From assembly GCA_021155915.1 (NCBI GenBank), contig JAJNBE010000029.1, forward strand, positions 4,376 through 68,375: 64,000 nt of DNA, read 5' to 3'. The position numbers and the translations under genes are program-made. Shown here in pieces: positions 50,027 to 61,349 of this stretch. Position 1 is the stretch's first letter, and each line of letters opens with the position of its first letter. This stretch comes from Solimicrobium sp. Lineage in GTDB: Bacteria; Pseudomonadota; Gammaproteobacteria; Burkholderiales; Burkholderiaceae_D. Under the pieces are notes generated by a model. The model was not told the DNA's origin. It did no database searches and saw only the letters and a list, made by a program, of their open reading frames with translations.

Positions 50027-50143
50027 CCTAGATTCCTCTGCCTGTAGCGTTCTCACTTAAACGGTGGACGGGTTGAGGAGCGAAATCACCGATGAAACCA
50101 ACCTGTTATCGAAGCCAAACAGCGGTCAACAGAGGAATCTAGG
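50027..50143 (+). mobile_element. MITE-like family B short derivative (117 bp) with ATAAT target duplication, just upstream of pyrH
   Basis: Terminal inverted repeats cctagattcctctg / cagaggaatctagg; ataat at 50022-50026 and 50144-50148. Confidence 0.85.
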
Positions 50144-50177
50144 ATAATGGACTATTAACAATAACAGTGGAGAACAC

Positions 50178-50897
50178 ATGTTGAAGATATCAGCTTACAA
50201 ACGCGTACTATTAAAACTTTCTGGTGAGGTGTTAATGGGAGAAGACGCCTATGGAATTAACCGCGTTACGATAGAACGTATGGTGGCTGATGTCGCTGAA
50301 ATTCAAGCGCTTGGGGTCGAGCTAGCGATTGTTATTGGTGGCGGTAACATTTTCCGGGGTGTGGCCCCCGGAGCGGAAGGAATGGATCGGGCTACAGCGG
50401 ATTACATGGGAATGTTGGCGACGGTGATGAATTCGCTTGCACTTGCTGACGCAATGCGTCAGGCGGGTATTACTGCGCGAGTTATGTCCGCTATTTCGAT
50501 TGAGCAAATAGTCGAGCCTTATGTTAGACCCAAAGCATTGCAGTATTTAGAAGAGGGTAAGATCGTGGTTTTTGCTGCAGGTACGGGCAACCCATTTTTC
50601 ACGACTGACACTGCAGCTGCTTTGCGAGGTGCTGAAATTGGTGCGGAAATTGTTTTGAAGGCGACCAAGGTAGATGGTGTGTATTCGGCCGATCCGAACA
50701 AAGATAGCACCGCAGTTCGGTATAGTAGCATTAGTTTTGACGAGGCTATTTCGCGTCAATTGCAAGTGATGGACGCAACTGCATTTGCGTTATGCCGTGA
50801 TCGAAATTTGCCTATTAAAGTCTTTTCTATTATAAAGACTGGTGCGCTAAAACGAGTGATTTTTGGGGAAGATGAAGGCACGTTAGTTCACGTCTGA
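50178..50897 (+). CDS. pyrH: UMP kinase
   Basis: [27 protein letters not shown]. Confidence 0.98.
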   Translation: MLKISAYKRVLLKLSGEVLMGEDAYGINRVTIERMVADVAEIQALGVELAIVIGGGNIFRGVAPGAEGMDRATADYMGMLATVMNSLALADAMRQAGITARVMSAISIEQIVEPYVRPKALQYLEEGKIVVFAAGTGNPFFTTDTAAALRGAEIGAEIVLKATKVDGVYSADPNKDSTAVRYSSISFDEAISRQLQVMDATAFALCRDRNLPIKVFSIIKTGALKRVIFGEDEGTLVHV

Positions 50898-50928
50898 TTA
50901 ATTATTTTATTTGAAGCAGGAGATTCAC

Positions 50929-51489
50929 ATGACAGTAGCTGATGTTAAAAAAAATACTGAATTAAGAATGCAGAAAACGCTTGAGGCTTTAAAGAATGAT
51001 CTGGCAAAAGTACGGACTGGTCGGGCACATGTTGGGATTCTAGACCATGTTCAAGTTGACTACTATGGAAACTTAACGCATATCACGCAGGTTGCGAATG
51101 TAACGTTGATCGATGCACGTACCATCGGGGTTCAGCCCTGGGAAAAGAAAATGGTTGCTGTTGTTGAAAAGGCTATTCGTGATGCTGACTTAGGATTAAA
51201 CCCTTCAACCCAAGGCGATTTAATTCGAGTTCCAACTCCACCCTTAACAGAGGAGCGGCGCAAAGAATTCGTTAAACTTGTAAAAACGGAAGGTGAAGAC
51301 ACCAAAATAGCGGTCCGTAATATTCGCCGCGATGCCAACGAGACATTTAAGAAAATGCTTAAAGACAAGGAATGCTCTGAGGACGATGAGCGTCGCGCCC
51401 AAGATGAGGTACAAAAATTGACCGACAAATTCGTTGCTGATGTGGATAAACTGGTTGCTGAAAAAGAAAAGGAGTTGTTAACGGTTTAA
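50929..51489 (+). CDS. frr: Ribosome recycling factor
   Basis: [26 protein letters not shown] aggag upstream of ATG 50929. Confidence 0.98.
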   Translation: MTVADVKKNTELRMQKTLEALKNDLAKVRTGRAHVGILDHVQVDYYGNLTHITQVANVTLIDARTIGVQPWEKKMVAVVEKAIRDADLGLNPSTQGDLIRVPTPPLTEERRKEFVKLVKTEGEDTKIAVRNIRRDANETFKKMLKDKECSEDDERRAQDEVQKLTDKFVADVDKLVAEKEKELLTV

Positions 51490-51621
51490 TGTCAGGATCA
51501 GATGCTGACGGTTAGGCATTGGATGCGCATTAGACATTCGTCCATTTTTATTTCCTCGTGTTAATGCAGGATACTAATCGTTAATACCAACTTCTGATCA
51601 CTGATCCTAAATCTTATTAAC

Positions 51622-52368
51622 ATGGCTGATTTAAGCTCTACGCAATCTGTTCCGTCCTTTGACGCTATACCCAAACACCTGGCCATTATTATGGATGGCA
51701 ACGGTCGGTGGGCGACGCAACGTTTTATGCCACGTATTGCCGGACATTCAAAAGGAATGGATGCAGTTCGGAAAATTGTGGAAGCTTGTGCAGAACAAGG
51801 CATCCGGTATTTAACCTTATTTGCTTTTAGTTCTGAGAATTGGCGCAGACCGGAAGAAGAGGTCTCAATATTAATGCGCTTGTTTATGACGGCTTTACAA
51901 CGCGAAGTGAATAAATTACATGCCAACAATATTTGCTTAAAAGTGGTTGGAGATTTGTCGCGCTTTGATGTGGCGCTGCAGGAAAAAATTCGTGAAGCAG
52001 AATGTAAAACTGCGAATAATTCGCGTTTAATAGTGACGATTTGCGCTAATTATGGCGGACGCTGGGATGTAGTTCAGGCGATGAATAAATTGTTGGCAGC
52101 TCAGCCAACCATTTCTAGTATAAAGGAGCACGATTTAGCGCCTTATCTGGCCATGGCCCACGCACCGGAGCCGGACTTGTTTATCCGTACTGGTGGCGAA
52201 AAGCGCCTATCTAATTTTTTATTGTGGCAGCTGGCTTATACGGAGCTTTATTTTACCGATACCTATTGGCCCGATTTCGGGCGCACAGAATTAAAAACCG
52301 CAATCCACTCCTATCAAAAACGTGAACGACGATTTGGTCGTACTAGTGCACAGTTGCTTGAACCTTAG
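51622..52368 (+). CDS. uppS: Undecaprenyl diphosphate synthase
   Basis: [35 protein letters not shown]. Confidence 0.98.
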   Translation: MADLSSTQSVPSFDAIPKHLAIIMDGNGRWATQRFMPRIAGHSKGMDAVRKIVEACAEQGIRYLTLFAFSSENWRRPEEEVSILMRLFMTALQREVNKLHANNICLKVVGDLSRFDVALQEKIREAECKTANNSRLIVTICANYGGRWDVVQAMNKLLAAQPTISSIKEHDLAPYLAMAHAPEPDLFIRTGGEKRLSNFLLWQLAYTELYFTDTYWPDFGRTELKTAIHSYQKRERRFGRTSAQLLEP

Positions 52369-52379
52369 GAATTCTTCAG

Positions 52380-53228
52380 ATGTTAAAAACTCGCATCGTA
52401 ACAGCCGTTGTGTTGTTGACATTATTGATACTAATTTTGTTTTTCGGATCGCAGTTAACGATGAATGTTTTTAGTACAGTATTTTTCGCAGCAGCCTGTT
52501 GGGAAAGCTGTCGCCTATTTGGATACCGTTTCACGGGTCTTTGGACGGCATTGTGGAGTATGCTATTTATTGGTTTGGTGTACTTTGGAAATTCAGTTCA
52601 CTACACCGTTGTCTGGACTGTCGGATGTGTTGCGTGGATTATTGTGTTTATTCCCGCTTTAAAATTGGGCTTACCCGCTTTAAAAACTAATTCAAACCAA
52701 TTATTTGGTATCCTTTATCTTTTTTCTGTTATCGGGTGCTTTTTAGCGGTACTAATTTTTCAACAGCATTCCTCAATTTATTTGTTATCGGTGATGACTA
52801 TCGTTTGGGTAGCGGATATCGGTGCTTATTTTGTGGGTAAAGCCTTTGGATCTCGCAAATTAGCGGTGACTATTTCGCCCGGAAAGTCATGGGAAGGCGC
52901 GATCGGCGGATGGGTATGTGTCATGATTTTTGGTGTGGTTAGCAATCTGGCTAGTGCCAAAATTTCTTTTTTTTCTGACAGTTTTTCCCTGAGTTTGCAG
53001 CAAAGTTGGGGATGGTTTGGTTTGATGGGGGTACTGACTTTATTAACGGCTGCTAGTGTTATCGGGGATTTAGTAGAGTCGCAATTGAAACGGCGGGTGC
53101 TGATCAAGGACAGTAGTAATCTATTGCCCGGCCATGGTGGCGTTCTGGACCGGATTGATGCGTTAATCTTGGCGTTACCACTGGCAATCCTCATTGACTT
53201 TGCAAGGGAATTTAGAATTAACCCATGA
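52380..53228 (+). CDS. cdsA: Phosphatidate cytidylyltransferase
   Basis: [27 protein letters not shown]. Confidence 0.97.
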   Translation: MLKTRIVTAVVLLTLLILILFFGSQLTMNVFSTVFFAAACWESCRLFGYRFTGLWTALWSMLFIGLVYFGNSVHYTVVWTVGCVAWIIVFIPALKLGLPALKTNSNQLFGILYLFSVIGCFLAVLIFQQHSSIYLLSVMTIVWVADIGAYFVGKAFGSRKLAVTISPGKSWEGAIGGWVCVMIFGVVSNLASAKISFFSDSFSLSLQQSWGWFGLMGVLTLLTAASVIGDLVESQLKRRVLIKDSSNLLPGHGGVLDRIDALILALPLAILIDFAREFRINP

Positions 53229-54412
53229 AACAAAAAATCACTATATTAGGATCGACAGGATCTATTGGTGTTTCCACTTTGGATGTCATTGCCAGACATT
53301 CCGACCGTTACCAAGTGGTCGCGTTGACGGCGCATAGCCGGGTTCAAGAACTTGCTAAACAGTGCATGCAATTTAGACCCAAGGTTGCGGTGGTTGGAAG
53401 TGCGGAGGCAGCCAGCGAACTGCAGTCACTACTATTTGCGCATGATCTCAATGTCAGTGTCCTATTTGGAACGGCTGCCATGTGTGAAGTCGCGCGCGAC
53501 TGTGATGTTGTTATGGCGGCCATTGTCGGAGCGGCCGGATTAGCCCCGACAATGGCCGCGGCTGAAGCTGGAAAAAAAATATTATTGGCAAATAAAGAAG
53601 CTCTGGTAATGTCGGGGCAATTATTTATGGATGCTGTGCGATTAAGCGGCGCCGTATTGCTACCTATTGATAGCGAGCATAACGCCATTTTTCAATGCTT
53701 GCCGCGTCAGGTCTGTGATGGCAGATATCCTTCGAACAGTGAGCAAAACGGGGTGTCGAAGATACTGTTGACCGCTTCAGGTGGACCATTCCTAACCACG
53801 CCTTTAGACTCATTAAGAAAGGTTACTCCTGAACAAGCGATCGCACATCCCAACTGGGTGATGGGTAAGAAGATTTCGGTTGACTCTGCCACCATGATGA
53901 ATAAGGGATTAGAAGTTATTGAGGCACATTGGTTATTCGGCATTCCCGTCGAGAAAATCGAAGTGCTGATTCATCCACAAAGTGTAATTCATTCTATGGT
54001 GTCTTATGTCGACGGTTCAATGTTGGCGCAATTGGGCAACCCAGATATGCGAACGCCAATTGCATATGGGCTGGCCTATCCGGAACGCATCAGTTCCGGT
54101 GTAGCGCAGCTCGACATGGCAAAGATCGCTTCGCTTCAATTTGAACAGCCCGACCTCAAAAGATTTCCTTGTTTGGCTATTTGCTTTGACGCTCTACGTG
54201 CTGGCGATACCGCTCCAGCCATTCTGAACGCAGCCAATGAAGTTGCAGTACAAGCATTTCTCGACAAGAAAATCGGCTTCTTAATGATTCCGGTATTAAT
54301 CTCGGAGGTCATGAGCAAGATTACAAATCGCCGCGCCACAGAGCTACGCGGTGTGATGGAGCAGGATCTGTTAGCTCGTGAAGCAGCGAACCAATTTATT
54401 GCTATGCTATGA
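53225..54412 (+). CDS. dxr: 1-deoxy-D-xylulose 5-phosphate reductoisomerase
   Basis: [28 protein letters not shown]. Confidence 0.98.
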   Translation: MKQKITILGSTGSIGVSTLDVIARHSDRYQVVALTAHSRVQELAKQCMQFRPKVAVVGSAEAASELQSLLFAHDLNVSVLFGTAAMCEVARDCDVVMAAIVGAAGLAPTMAAAEAGKKILLANKEALVMSGQLFMDAVRLSGAVLLPIDSEHNAIFQCLPRQVCDGRYPSNSEQNGVSKILLTASGGPFLTTPLDSLRKVTPEQAIAHPNWVMGKKISVDSATMMNKGLEVIEAHWLFGIPVEKIEVLIHPQSVIHSMVSYVDGSMLAQLGNPDMRTPIAYGLAYPERISSGVAQLDMAKIASLQFEQPDLKRFPCLAICFDALRAGDTAPAILNAANEVAVQAFLDKKIGFLMIPVLISEVMSKITNRRATELRGVMEQDLLAREAANQFIAML

Positions 54413-55794
54413 CTTCAATTCATACTGTGCTCGCGTTCCTGGTGGCCCTGTGCGTTTTGATCGCTTTTCATGAGTTAGGCCATTATCTTGTCGCCCGTCT
54501 ATGTAACGTAAAGGTGCTGCGGTTTTCTCTTGGAATAGGAAAAGTGCTATTTTCACGTCGATTTGGCGTTGATCAGACCGAATGGGTAATCTCTCTGTTG
54601 CCGTTAGGTGGTTACGTTAAGATGTTAGATCTACGTGATAGAGATAGTGAGCAAAGTCCCCTGCCGATTGAGCCAGCCGATTTAGCACGGGAATTTACCG
54701 GCCAGCCTGTTTGGAAAAGAATCGCCATTGTAGCGGCAGGTCCTACAGCCAATTTTCTTTTGGCGATTATTTTATTCTCTATTCTTTTCATGGTCGGAGT
54801 ATCCGAGCCAATTGCTAAGCTCCGTCAACCAGAAAGATTTACCCCAGCCTATGAGACGGGCATACGGGGTAACGAGACCGTTATCGCAGTAAACGCTAAA
54901 CCGATTCAGTTATGGTCCGAGTTACGTTGGGAGCTAATGCGCCTGGCAATGAATAAGCAACCTGCAACCTTAACATTGGCAGGAGAGTCATTTGGACAGC
55001 CGCGTCAAGTCATTCTATCGCTGGACCAATTTTCACACGACGAACTGCAAAGTAATTTTCTTAATAAGCTGGGGTTACATCTAGCATTTTCAAAAGCACA
55101 ATTAGGCGAGGTTAAAGCTAATGGTTCTGCGATGAGGGCAGGATTGCAAAAGGGAGATATCGTACTTGAAATTGATAGAAAACAAATTGCAGATAGCTTC
55201 GACCTGGTAGAAACCGTTAGGGCTTCGCCCAATAAATTACTGCATTTTAGGGTTGATAGGTCAGGTGCGCTACGTGAATTTCTTGTTGTGCCCGACGCTG
55301 TAAATGACGAGTCAGGCGGACGATTCGGGAGACGATTAGTAGGGCAATTGAACGTGGAAGTACGTTCTCTGCCTGAAATGCAAAACCATCAAGATTCTTT
55401 CTTTGCCGCGGTTCAAAATGCGTCGCAACGTACTTGGGACACCAGTGTACTCATCCTGAAAACAATGGGAAGAATGGTGGTCGGGGAGGTTTCTCTAAAA
55501 AATGTTACCGGCCCGTTAACCATCGCTGACTATGCCGGGCAGTCCGCAAAAATTGGCTTGCTTAGTTATATCAGTTTTCTTGCTTTTATCAGTATTAGTC
55601 TAGGTGTAATGAATTTGCTGCCTATTCCTATATTGGATGGGGGACATTTGTTGTATTATTCGCTGGAAGTTTTAAGTGGGCGCCAAGTTTCACCACGAGT
55701 TTGGGAAATTGCCCAGCGTGCCGGGACAGCACTTCTGATGTTATTGATGGCGCTTGCCTTTTTTAATGACATCATGAGGTTGCTACCGCGGTAA
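54409..55794 (+). CDS. rseP: RIP metalloprotease RseP
   Basis: HELGH, PDZ domains, [11 protein letters not shown]. Confidence 0.97.
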   Translation: MTSIHTVLAFLVALCVLIAFHELGHYLVARLCNVKVLRFSLGIGKVLFSRRFGVDQTEWVISLLPLGGYVKMLDLRDRDSEQSPLPIEPADLAREFTGQPVWKRIAIVAAGPTANFLLAIILFSILFMVGVSEPIAKLRQPERFTPAYETGIRGNETVIAVNAKPIQLWSELRWELMRLAMNKQPATLTLAGESFGQPRQVILSLDQFSHDELQSNFLNKLGLHLAFSKAQLGEVKANGSAMRAGLQKGDIVLEIDRKQIADSFDLVETVRASPNKLLHFRVDRSGALREFLVVPDAVNDESGGRFGRRLVGQLNVEVRSLPEMQNHQDSFFAAVQNASQRTWDTSVLILKTMGRMVVGEVSLKNVTGPLTIADYAGQSAKIGLLSYISFLAFISISLGVMNLLPIPILDGGHLLYYSLEVLSGRQVSPRVWEIAQRAGTALLMLLMALAFFNDIMRLLPR

Positions 55795-55855
55795 CTCTTA
55801 TCGTTTGATTGACCGGTAGTCTAACCACAAAAATATTGCTAAAGAAATTTTACCA

Positions 55856-58252
55856 ATGACATTACATTCAAAGCACTTTTCCTCTTTTCGTTTTTCACGT
55901 CACCTGAGTTCTATTTTGGTATCTGCCGGTTTATCCCTAGTCAGCAGTTCTGCTTCAGCCATTCAGCCATTTGTAGTCAAAGATATACGTGTGGAAGGAG
56001 CTCAGCGAACAGAGGCAGGGACGATTTTCAGTTACTTGCCTATTCGAATCGGAGAAACTTTCACCGATGACAAAAGTACTGCCGCCATTAAGTCGCTTTA
56101 TGCAACGGGATTTTTCAAAGATATTCAAATTGAAGTCCAAGGTGACATTCTCATTATTGTGCTTGACGAGCGTCCGTCCGTCGGACTGCTGCAATTTACC
56201 GGAATGAAAGAGTTTGAAAAAGACGTGCTGATCACTGCGTTAAAAGAAATTGGGGTAGGTGAAGGCCGAATTTTTGATAAAGCATCAGTAGACCGCGCAG
56301 AACAAGAATTAAAGCGTCAGTATTTGGCTCGGGGCCTGTATGGAGTGCAAATTACTACCACTGTAACGCCAGTGGAGCGGAATAGGGTCAATGTCAGCTT
56401 TGTGATCGATGAGGGTGATGTTACTCGAATAAAAAAGATTAGTTTTATCGGTAACAAAGTTTTTACTGATAAGGAATTGGAGAGCGTAATTAGTTTACGC
56501 ACTCCCGGTTGGTTTACTTGGTACAGCAAGTCGGACCAATATTCTAAACAAAAGCTTTCTGGTGACTTGGAATCACTAAATTCTTTTTATCAAAACCGTG
56601 GTTATATGGAGATGCATGTAGATTCAACGCAACTATCTATTTCTCCAGATAAAAAAAATATCTATATAACAATTAATTTAACTGAAGGCGAAAAATACAC
56701 GGTAACCGGAATCCAGTTTGAGGGAGAAACTTTCGGTCGAGAAAATGAGCTCAAATCGTTATTTACGTTGAAAGCAGGAGAGATATATTCAGCCGCTAAA
56801 TTAACTGAAAGTACCAAAAATGTCACCAACCGTATGGGAAATTTTGGCTATGCGTTTGCCAATGTCAATGTGAATCCCGAGGTAGACAGAAAAAAGAAAG
56901 AGGTATTCTTCAAAATTTTTCTTGATCCCGGCAAACGAGTATATGTTCGCAAGATTGGTTTTTCTGGGAATACCACTACACGCGACGAAGTTATCCGGCG
57001 TGAATTTCGTCAATTAGAAGGATCATGGTATGACAGGCAGAACATTAAGTTGTCCCGCGATCGAGTGGATAGACTAGGCTTTTTTAAAGAAGTAACTATT
57101 GAAACACCCGAAGTGGCCGGAACTACCGACCAAGTCGATGTTAATTTAAACGTAGTCGAAAACTCGACGGGCAATTTCACCATGGGTGCCAGTTTTTCTC
57201 AAGCTGAGCGTTTTGCTATTTCCGGGGGGGTATCAAAAAGCAATGCATTCGGTAGCGGCGACACGATAGCATTTAATGTAAATACCAGTAAATTTAATCG
57301 TTCGTTAGCCTTGTCGCGTTTTGAGCCTTATTTAACGGACGAAGGTATTAGTCGTAGTGAAGAAATATATTTGCGTACTAATACAGCTCCTGTTAATAAC
57401 ACAGGTAGTTTTCGGGTGCGCTCCTTGGGTGCTGACTTGAGGTTTGGTGTGCCATTTACAGAACTAGATACCATTTATTTTGGCTTGGGCGTAGAGCGTA
57501 CTGATGTACAAACTTATGTTGGCAGTCCTTTCCGATATCAAAAATATGTAACCGATTTCGGAAATGGAAAAATTTTTTATGTTCCGGAAAATCCTGTAAC
57601 CGGGGCTCCTTCTTATGTCAACCAAGTCCCAGGTATCGCAAACACACTCGCTTTTCCGTTAACAGCTGCATGGCAACGAGATAGTCGTGACAGCGCATTA
57701 ACGCCAAGTGTTGGAGAATATCAGCGGGCCCACTTTGAGGTGTCTGCCATGGGGGATTTAAAATATGTGCGGGCCCTTTATAATCATCAATATTATCGAC
57801 CGTTGTTTAAGAATTTTGTGACGCTGGCTTTAAACGGTGAGATTGGTTACGGGAGGGGATTAGGCGGTAGTCGTTTTCCTATTTTTAAGAATTGGTATGC
57901 GGGAGGAATAGGGTCGGTCCGTGGTTTTGATTCGGGTTCTTTGGGGGCGAAAGACCCTGTTACCGGTGACGCAACGGGTGGCGCATCCAGGCTAATCTTA
58001 AATGCTCAGCTGGAGTTTCCTTTCCCAGGGTCACCGAATGATCGTGGTTTGAGATGGTTTATTTTTGCCGATGCTGGGAATGTATATGAAGAAGGAGCCC
58101 CCTTCAAAGGTGCACTGAAAACATCGGTCGGTCTTGGAGTTACCTGGCTTTCACCAATGGGTCCGTTAAAATTGAGTTTGGCGAAGGCTCTTAATGCAAA
58201 GGACCTTGATAACAAAAAACCCTTTGATTTTCAAATTGGCGGAGGGTTCTAA
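55856..58252 (+). CDS. bamA: Outer-membrane protein assembly factor BamA
   Basis: POTRA domains, VRGF motif, C-terminal FQIGGGF; canonical position. Confidence 0.98.
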   Translation: MTLHSKHFSSFRFSRHLSSILVSAGLSLVSSSASAIQPFVVKDIRVEGAQRTEAGTIFSYLPIRIGETFTDDKSTAAIKSLYATGFFKDIQIEVQGDILIIVLDERPSVGLLQFTGMKEFEKDVLITALKEIGVGEGRIFDKASVDRAEQELKRQYLARGLYGVQITTTVTPVERNRVNVSFVIDEGDVTRIKKISFIGNKVFTDKELESVISLRTPGWFTWYSKSDQYSKQKLSGDLESLNSFYQNRGYMEMHVDSTQLSISPDKKNIYITINLTEGEKYTVTGIQFEGETFGRENELKSLFTLKAGEIYSAAKLTESTKNVTNRMGNFGYAFANVNVNPEVDRKKKEVFFKIFLDPGKRVYVRKIGFSGNTTTRDEVIRREFRQLEGSWYDRQNIKLSRDRVDRLGFFKEVTIETPEVAGTTDQVDVNLNVVENSTGNFTMGASFSQAERFAISGGVSKSNAFGSGDTIAFNVNTSKFNRSLALSRFEPYLTDEGISRSEEIYLRTNTAPVNNTGSFRVRSLGADLRFGVPFTELDTIYFGLGVERTDVQTYVGSPFRYQKYVTDFGNGKIFYVPENPVTGAPSYVNQVPGIANTLAFPLTAAWQRDSRDSALTPSVGEYQRAHFEVSAMGDLKYVRALYNHQYYRPLFKNFVTLALNGEIGYGRGLGGSRFPIFKNWYAGGIGSVRGFDSGSLGAKDPVTGDATGGASRLILNAQLEFPFPGSPNDRGLRWFIFADAGNVYEEGAPFKGALKTSVGLGVTWLSPMGPLKLSLAKALNAKDLDNKKPFDFQIGGGF

Positions 58253-58355
58253 AATCCGTTACCCAGAAGTTAGGACGGTTTTCTAATAGGGTAGCACAAG
58301 GGCGCCTGAGCTCAAGCCTTTCTGATGCCTGGGCTCTACTGTTTCAACAGTTGAA

Positions 58356-58931
58356 GTGTCTTTCGTAACCGGCTATGATGTGACGGTTTTGTACAAAATA
58401 TTTTTGCGGAGAATTATCTTGAAACACTTTGCGATTTCATCGTTAATGCAATTATTGATGGCTTCTAGCTGTTTGTTAGTGATGTCGGGTGCGATTGCCG
58501 ATGGAACAAAAATTGGTTATGTCAGTACGGAACGCATTTTGCGTGATTCTGAGCCCGCAAAAGCAGCAGAAGAGCGATTAGAAGACGAGTTCTCTACGCG
58601 TCGAAAAGAGTTGCAAGAATTCACCATTAAATTAAAAGCAATGGCAGAGAAATTAGACAAAGACTTACCCGTAATCTCTGAACCAGAGCGTTTGAAGCGC
58701 CAACGGGCATTGTCAGATACCGATCAAGATTTTCAACGTAAGCAGCGCGCTTATCGTGAAGACGTGAGTCAGCGTATGAATGAAGAAACCGCTAAGTTAA
58801 ACGAACGTACCACAAAAATTATTAAGCAAATCGCAGAGGCAGAAAAGTATGATGCTATTTTGCAAGATGGCGTGTATTTCAGTCCCCGGATCGACATCAC
58901 TGAAAAAGTAATGAAAGCACTGAATAAATAA
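58356..58931 (+). CDS. skp: Periplasmic chaperone Skp/OmpH (true start probably ~20 codons downstream)
   Basis: KIGYVSTERIL, EKYDAIL; position between bamA and lpxD. Confidence 0.92.
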   Translation: MSFVTGYDVTVLYKIFLRRIILKHFAISSLMQLLMASSCLLVMSGAIADGTKIGYVSTERILRDSEPAKAAEERLEDEFSTRRKELQEFTIKLKAMAEKLDKDLPVISEPERLKRQRALSDTDQDFQRKQRAYREDVSQRMNEETAKLNERTTKIIKQIAEAEKYDAILQDGVYFSPRIDITEKVMKALNK

Positions 58932-60019
58932 TGTCTGACCGAAATGGAATTCGGTTAGGTGAATTAGTTGAGCGGCTGGGCGGTCAACTAATAGGCGATG
59001 ACAATTTAATTGTGAATGGTATTGCCCCCTTAGAGCAGGCTGAGGCAACAAATATCACTTTTCTTTCCAATTCCAAATTACGACAACAAGCCCGTAAAAC
59101 TTTAGCCGCCGCTATCATTATTCATGAGGCCGATGTGGGATTTCTGCAGCCGGAATTCAAAGGTGGACTTATTTTAGTAGAAAATCCTTATGTATATTTC
59201 GCTAAAACGGCGCAATTTTTTGCTCAATCCGAGTTACAGAAGCAGCCAACTTTAGCTCCTGGTATTCATCCAAGTGCATGCGTTGATCCCAGTGCCCAAA
59301 TCGCGGCGACTGCCGTAATTGGTCCATTAGTTTGTATTGAGTCACATGTAGTTATTGAAGATAACGTGCGGATTGATGGCGGCTGTTTTATTGGCCGTGG
59401 TGCACGAATAGGGGCACACAGTCATTTTTATGCCAATGTTAGCTGGCATCATGATTGTCGGATCGGTCGACATGCCATTGTTTATTCTGGTGCTGTTATT
59501 GGTAATGAGGGTTTCGGATTTGCAAACGATGCCGGGCGATGGATCAAAATTCCTCAGAGAGGCGGAGTAATAATTGGTGACGATGTAGAAATTGGCGCTA
59601 ATACCTGTATCGATAGAGGTACTCTGACTGATACCATTATTGAAGATGGGGTCAAATTAGATAATCAGATTCAGATTGGCCATAATTGTTATATTGGTGC
59701 ACACACCGCAATGGCCGGCTGTGTTGGAGTTGCAGGTAGCGCAAAAATAGGACGCCATTGCACCTTTGGTGGAGCTGCTATGGTGTTAGGACATTTAAAT
59801 ATCGCCGATAATGTTCACATTTCCGCTGGTAGTCTCGTGTCCCGATCTATTTCGGAACCAGGTCAGTATACGGGTTTTTTTCCTCTGGCTAAAAATGCCG
59901 ATTGGGAAAAATCGGCTGCCATTGTTCGAAATCTGGATAGTTTGCGTGACAGAGTGCGCGCGCTGGAGAAAATGATTGAGTTGCCCACTAGTACACGTCA
60001 GGAATCTTCCGAGAACTGA
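58931..60019 (+). CDS. lpxD: UDP-3-O-(3-hydroxyacyl)glucosamine N-acyltransferase
   Basis: Hexapeptide repeats, GFGFA, DNQIQIGHN. Confidence 0.98.
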   Translation: MSDRNGIRLGELVERLGGQLIGDDNLIVNGIAPLEQAEATNITFLSNSKLRQQARKTLAAAIIIHEADVGFLQPEFKGGLILVENPYVYFAKTAQFFAQSELQKQPTLAPGIHPSACVDPSAQIAATAVIGPLVCIESHVVIEDNVRIDGGCFIGRGARIGAHSHFYANVSWHHDCRIGRHAIVYSGAVIGNEGFGFANDAGRWIKIPQRGGVIIGDDVEIGANTCIDRGTLTDTIIEDGVKLDNQIQIGHNCYIGAHTAMAGCVGVAGSAKIGRHCTFGGAAMVLGHLNIADNVHISAGSLVSRSISEPGQYTGFFPLAKNADWEKSAAIVRNLDSLRDRVRALEKMIELPTSTRQESSEN

Positions 60020-60034
60020 AAAAAGAAAGTAATC

Positions 60035-60523
60035 ATGAGTAGTTTAGATATTAACCAAATAAAAGAATATTTACCGCACCGATACCCCTTGCTGTTGGTA
60101 GATCGAGTGTTGAACTGGGAATCGGGTAAATCCATTACAGCAATAAAAAATGTAACAGCCAATGAAGAGTTTTTTAACGGCCATTTTCCGCATAAGCCGG
60201 TTATGCCAGGCGTGTTAATGATTGAAGCTATGGCACAAGCAGCGGCGTTATTATCATTTTTAACCCTCGGACAGAAACCCGACGATAATATGGTAGTGTA
60301 TTTTTTAGGAATTGATAACGCGCGTTTCAAACGCCCTGTTGAGCCCGGTGATCAGCTTAGAATGGAAGTAGACATTGTTAAAGTAGCTCGGGGCGTTTGG
60401 AAATATAAAGCACGAGCATCGGTGGACGGACAATTAGCTGTCGAAGCGGATTTGATGTGTACAATGCGTGTACTTGATAATTCGCAGAGGCCAGCTTCAC
60501 AAACTCCAGCGGAATTCGCTTAA
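60035..60523 (+). CDS. fabZ: 3-hydroxyacyl-ACP dehydratase
   Basis: [28 protein letters not shown]. Confidence 0.98.
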   Translation: MSSLDINQIKEYLPHRYPLLLVDRVLNWESGKSITAIKNVTANEEFFNGHFPHKPVMPGVLMIEAMAQAAALLSFLTLGQKPDDNMVVYFLGIDNARFKRPVEPGDQLRMEVDIVKVARGVWKYKARASVDGQLAVEADLMCTMRVLDNSQRPASQTPAEFA

Positions 60524-60527
60524 CACA

Positions 60528-61316
60528 ATGGCGAAAATCCATGCAACCGCAATTATTGATAAAGGCGCAAGTCTAGATAGTTCTGTTGAGGTCGGTCCAT
60601 ATAGCGTTATCGGGCCGCATGTCCGAATTGATGCCGGCACTAAAATCAGCTCACATGTCATTATTGAAGGGCATACGAAAATTGGCTGTGATAATACTTT
60701 TTTTCAGTTTTCTTCCATAGGTTCAGCTCCGCAAGATAAAAAATATAACGGTGAGCCTACTTCTCTGGAAATCGGTGACCGTAATACCGTCCGTGAATTT
60801 TGCAGTTTTAATGTTGGTACGATTCAAGACGCCGGAGTAACTACAATTGGTCATGACAACTTGATGATGGCCTATGTGCATATTGCACATGATTGTAAGA
60901 TTGGTAGTCATACTATTTTTGCGAATAATGCTACCCTTGCAGGGCATGTGGAAATAGCGGACTGGGTAATTTTGGGTGGGTTTGCTGCGGTCCATCAATT
61001 TTGTAAAGTCGGTGCGCATGCGATGTTAGGAATGAATACCAGCTTGACTCAAGATGTACCTCCGTTTGTAATGTTATCGGGTAATCCCGCCGCGGTGTAT
61101 GGTCTGAATTTAGAGGGCCTGAAACGCCGTGGTTTTAGTCGTGAACAAATTAACGGTATTCGACACAGTTACAAGCTATTGTACAAATCAGGATTAACCT
61201 TGGCTGAAGCTAAAGTAGCAATTCATAAAGCGCACTCCGAACACCCGCTGGCCCAACAGCATATCCACCAAATGCAAGTATTCTTGGATAGATCTACACG
61301 CGGGCTTATTCGCTAA
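60528..61316 (+). CDS. lpxA: UDP-N-acetylglucosamine acyltransferase
   Basis: IHATAII, PQDKKY, HIAHDC; ATG at 60528. Confidence 0.98.
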   Translation: MAKIHATAIIDKGASLDSSVEVGPYSVIGPHVRIDAGTKISSHVIIEGHTKIGCDNTFFQFSSIGSAPQDKKYNGEPTSLEIGDRNTVREFCSFNVGTIQDAGVTTIGHDNLMMAYVHIAHDCKIGSHTIFANNATLAGHVEIADWVILGGFAAVHQFCKVGAHAMLGMNTSLTQDVPPFVMLSGNPAAVYGLNLEGLKRRGFSREQINGIRHSYKLLYKSGLTLAEAKVAIHKAHSEHPLAQQHIHQMQVFLDRSTRGLIR

Positions 61317-61349
61317 TTCGATTAGAAAATTCATATCGCGAGACCTTCA

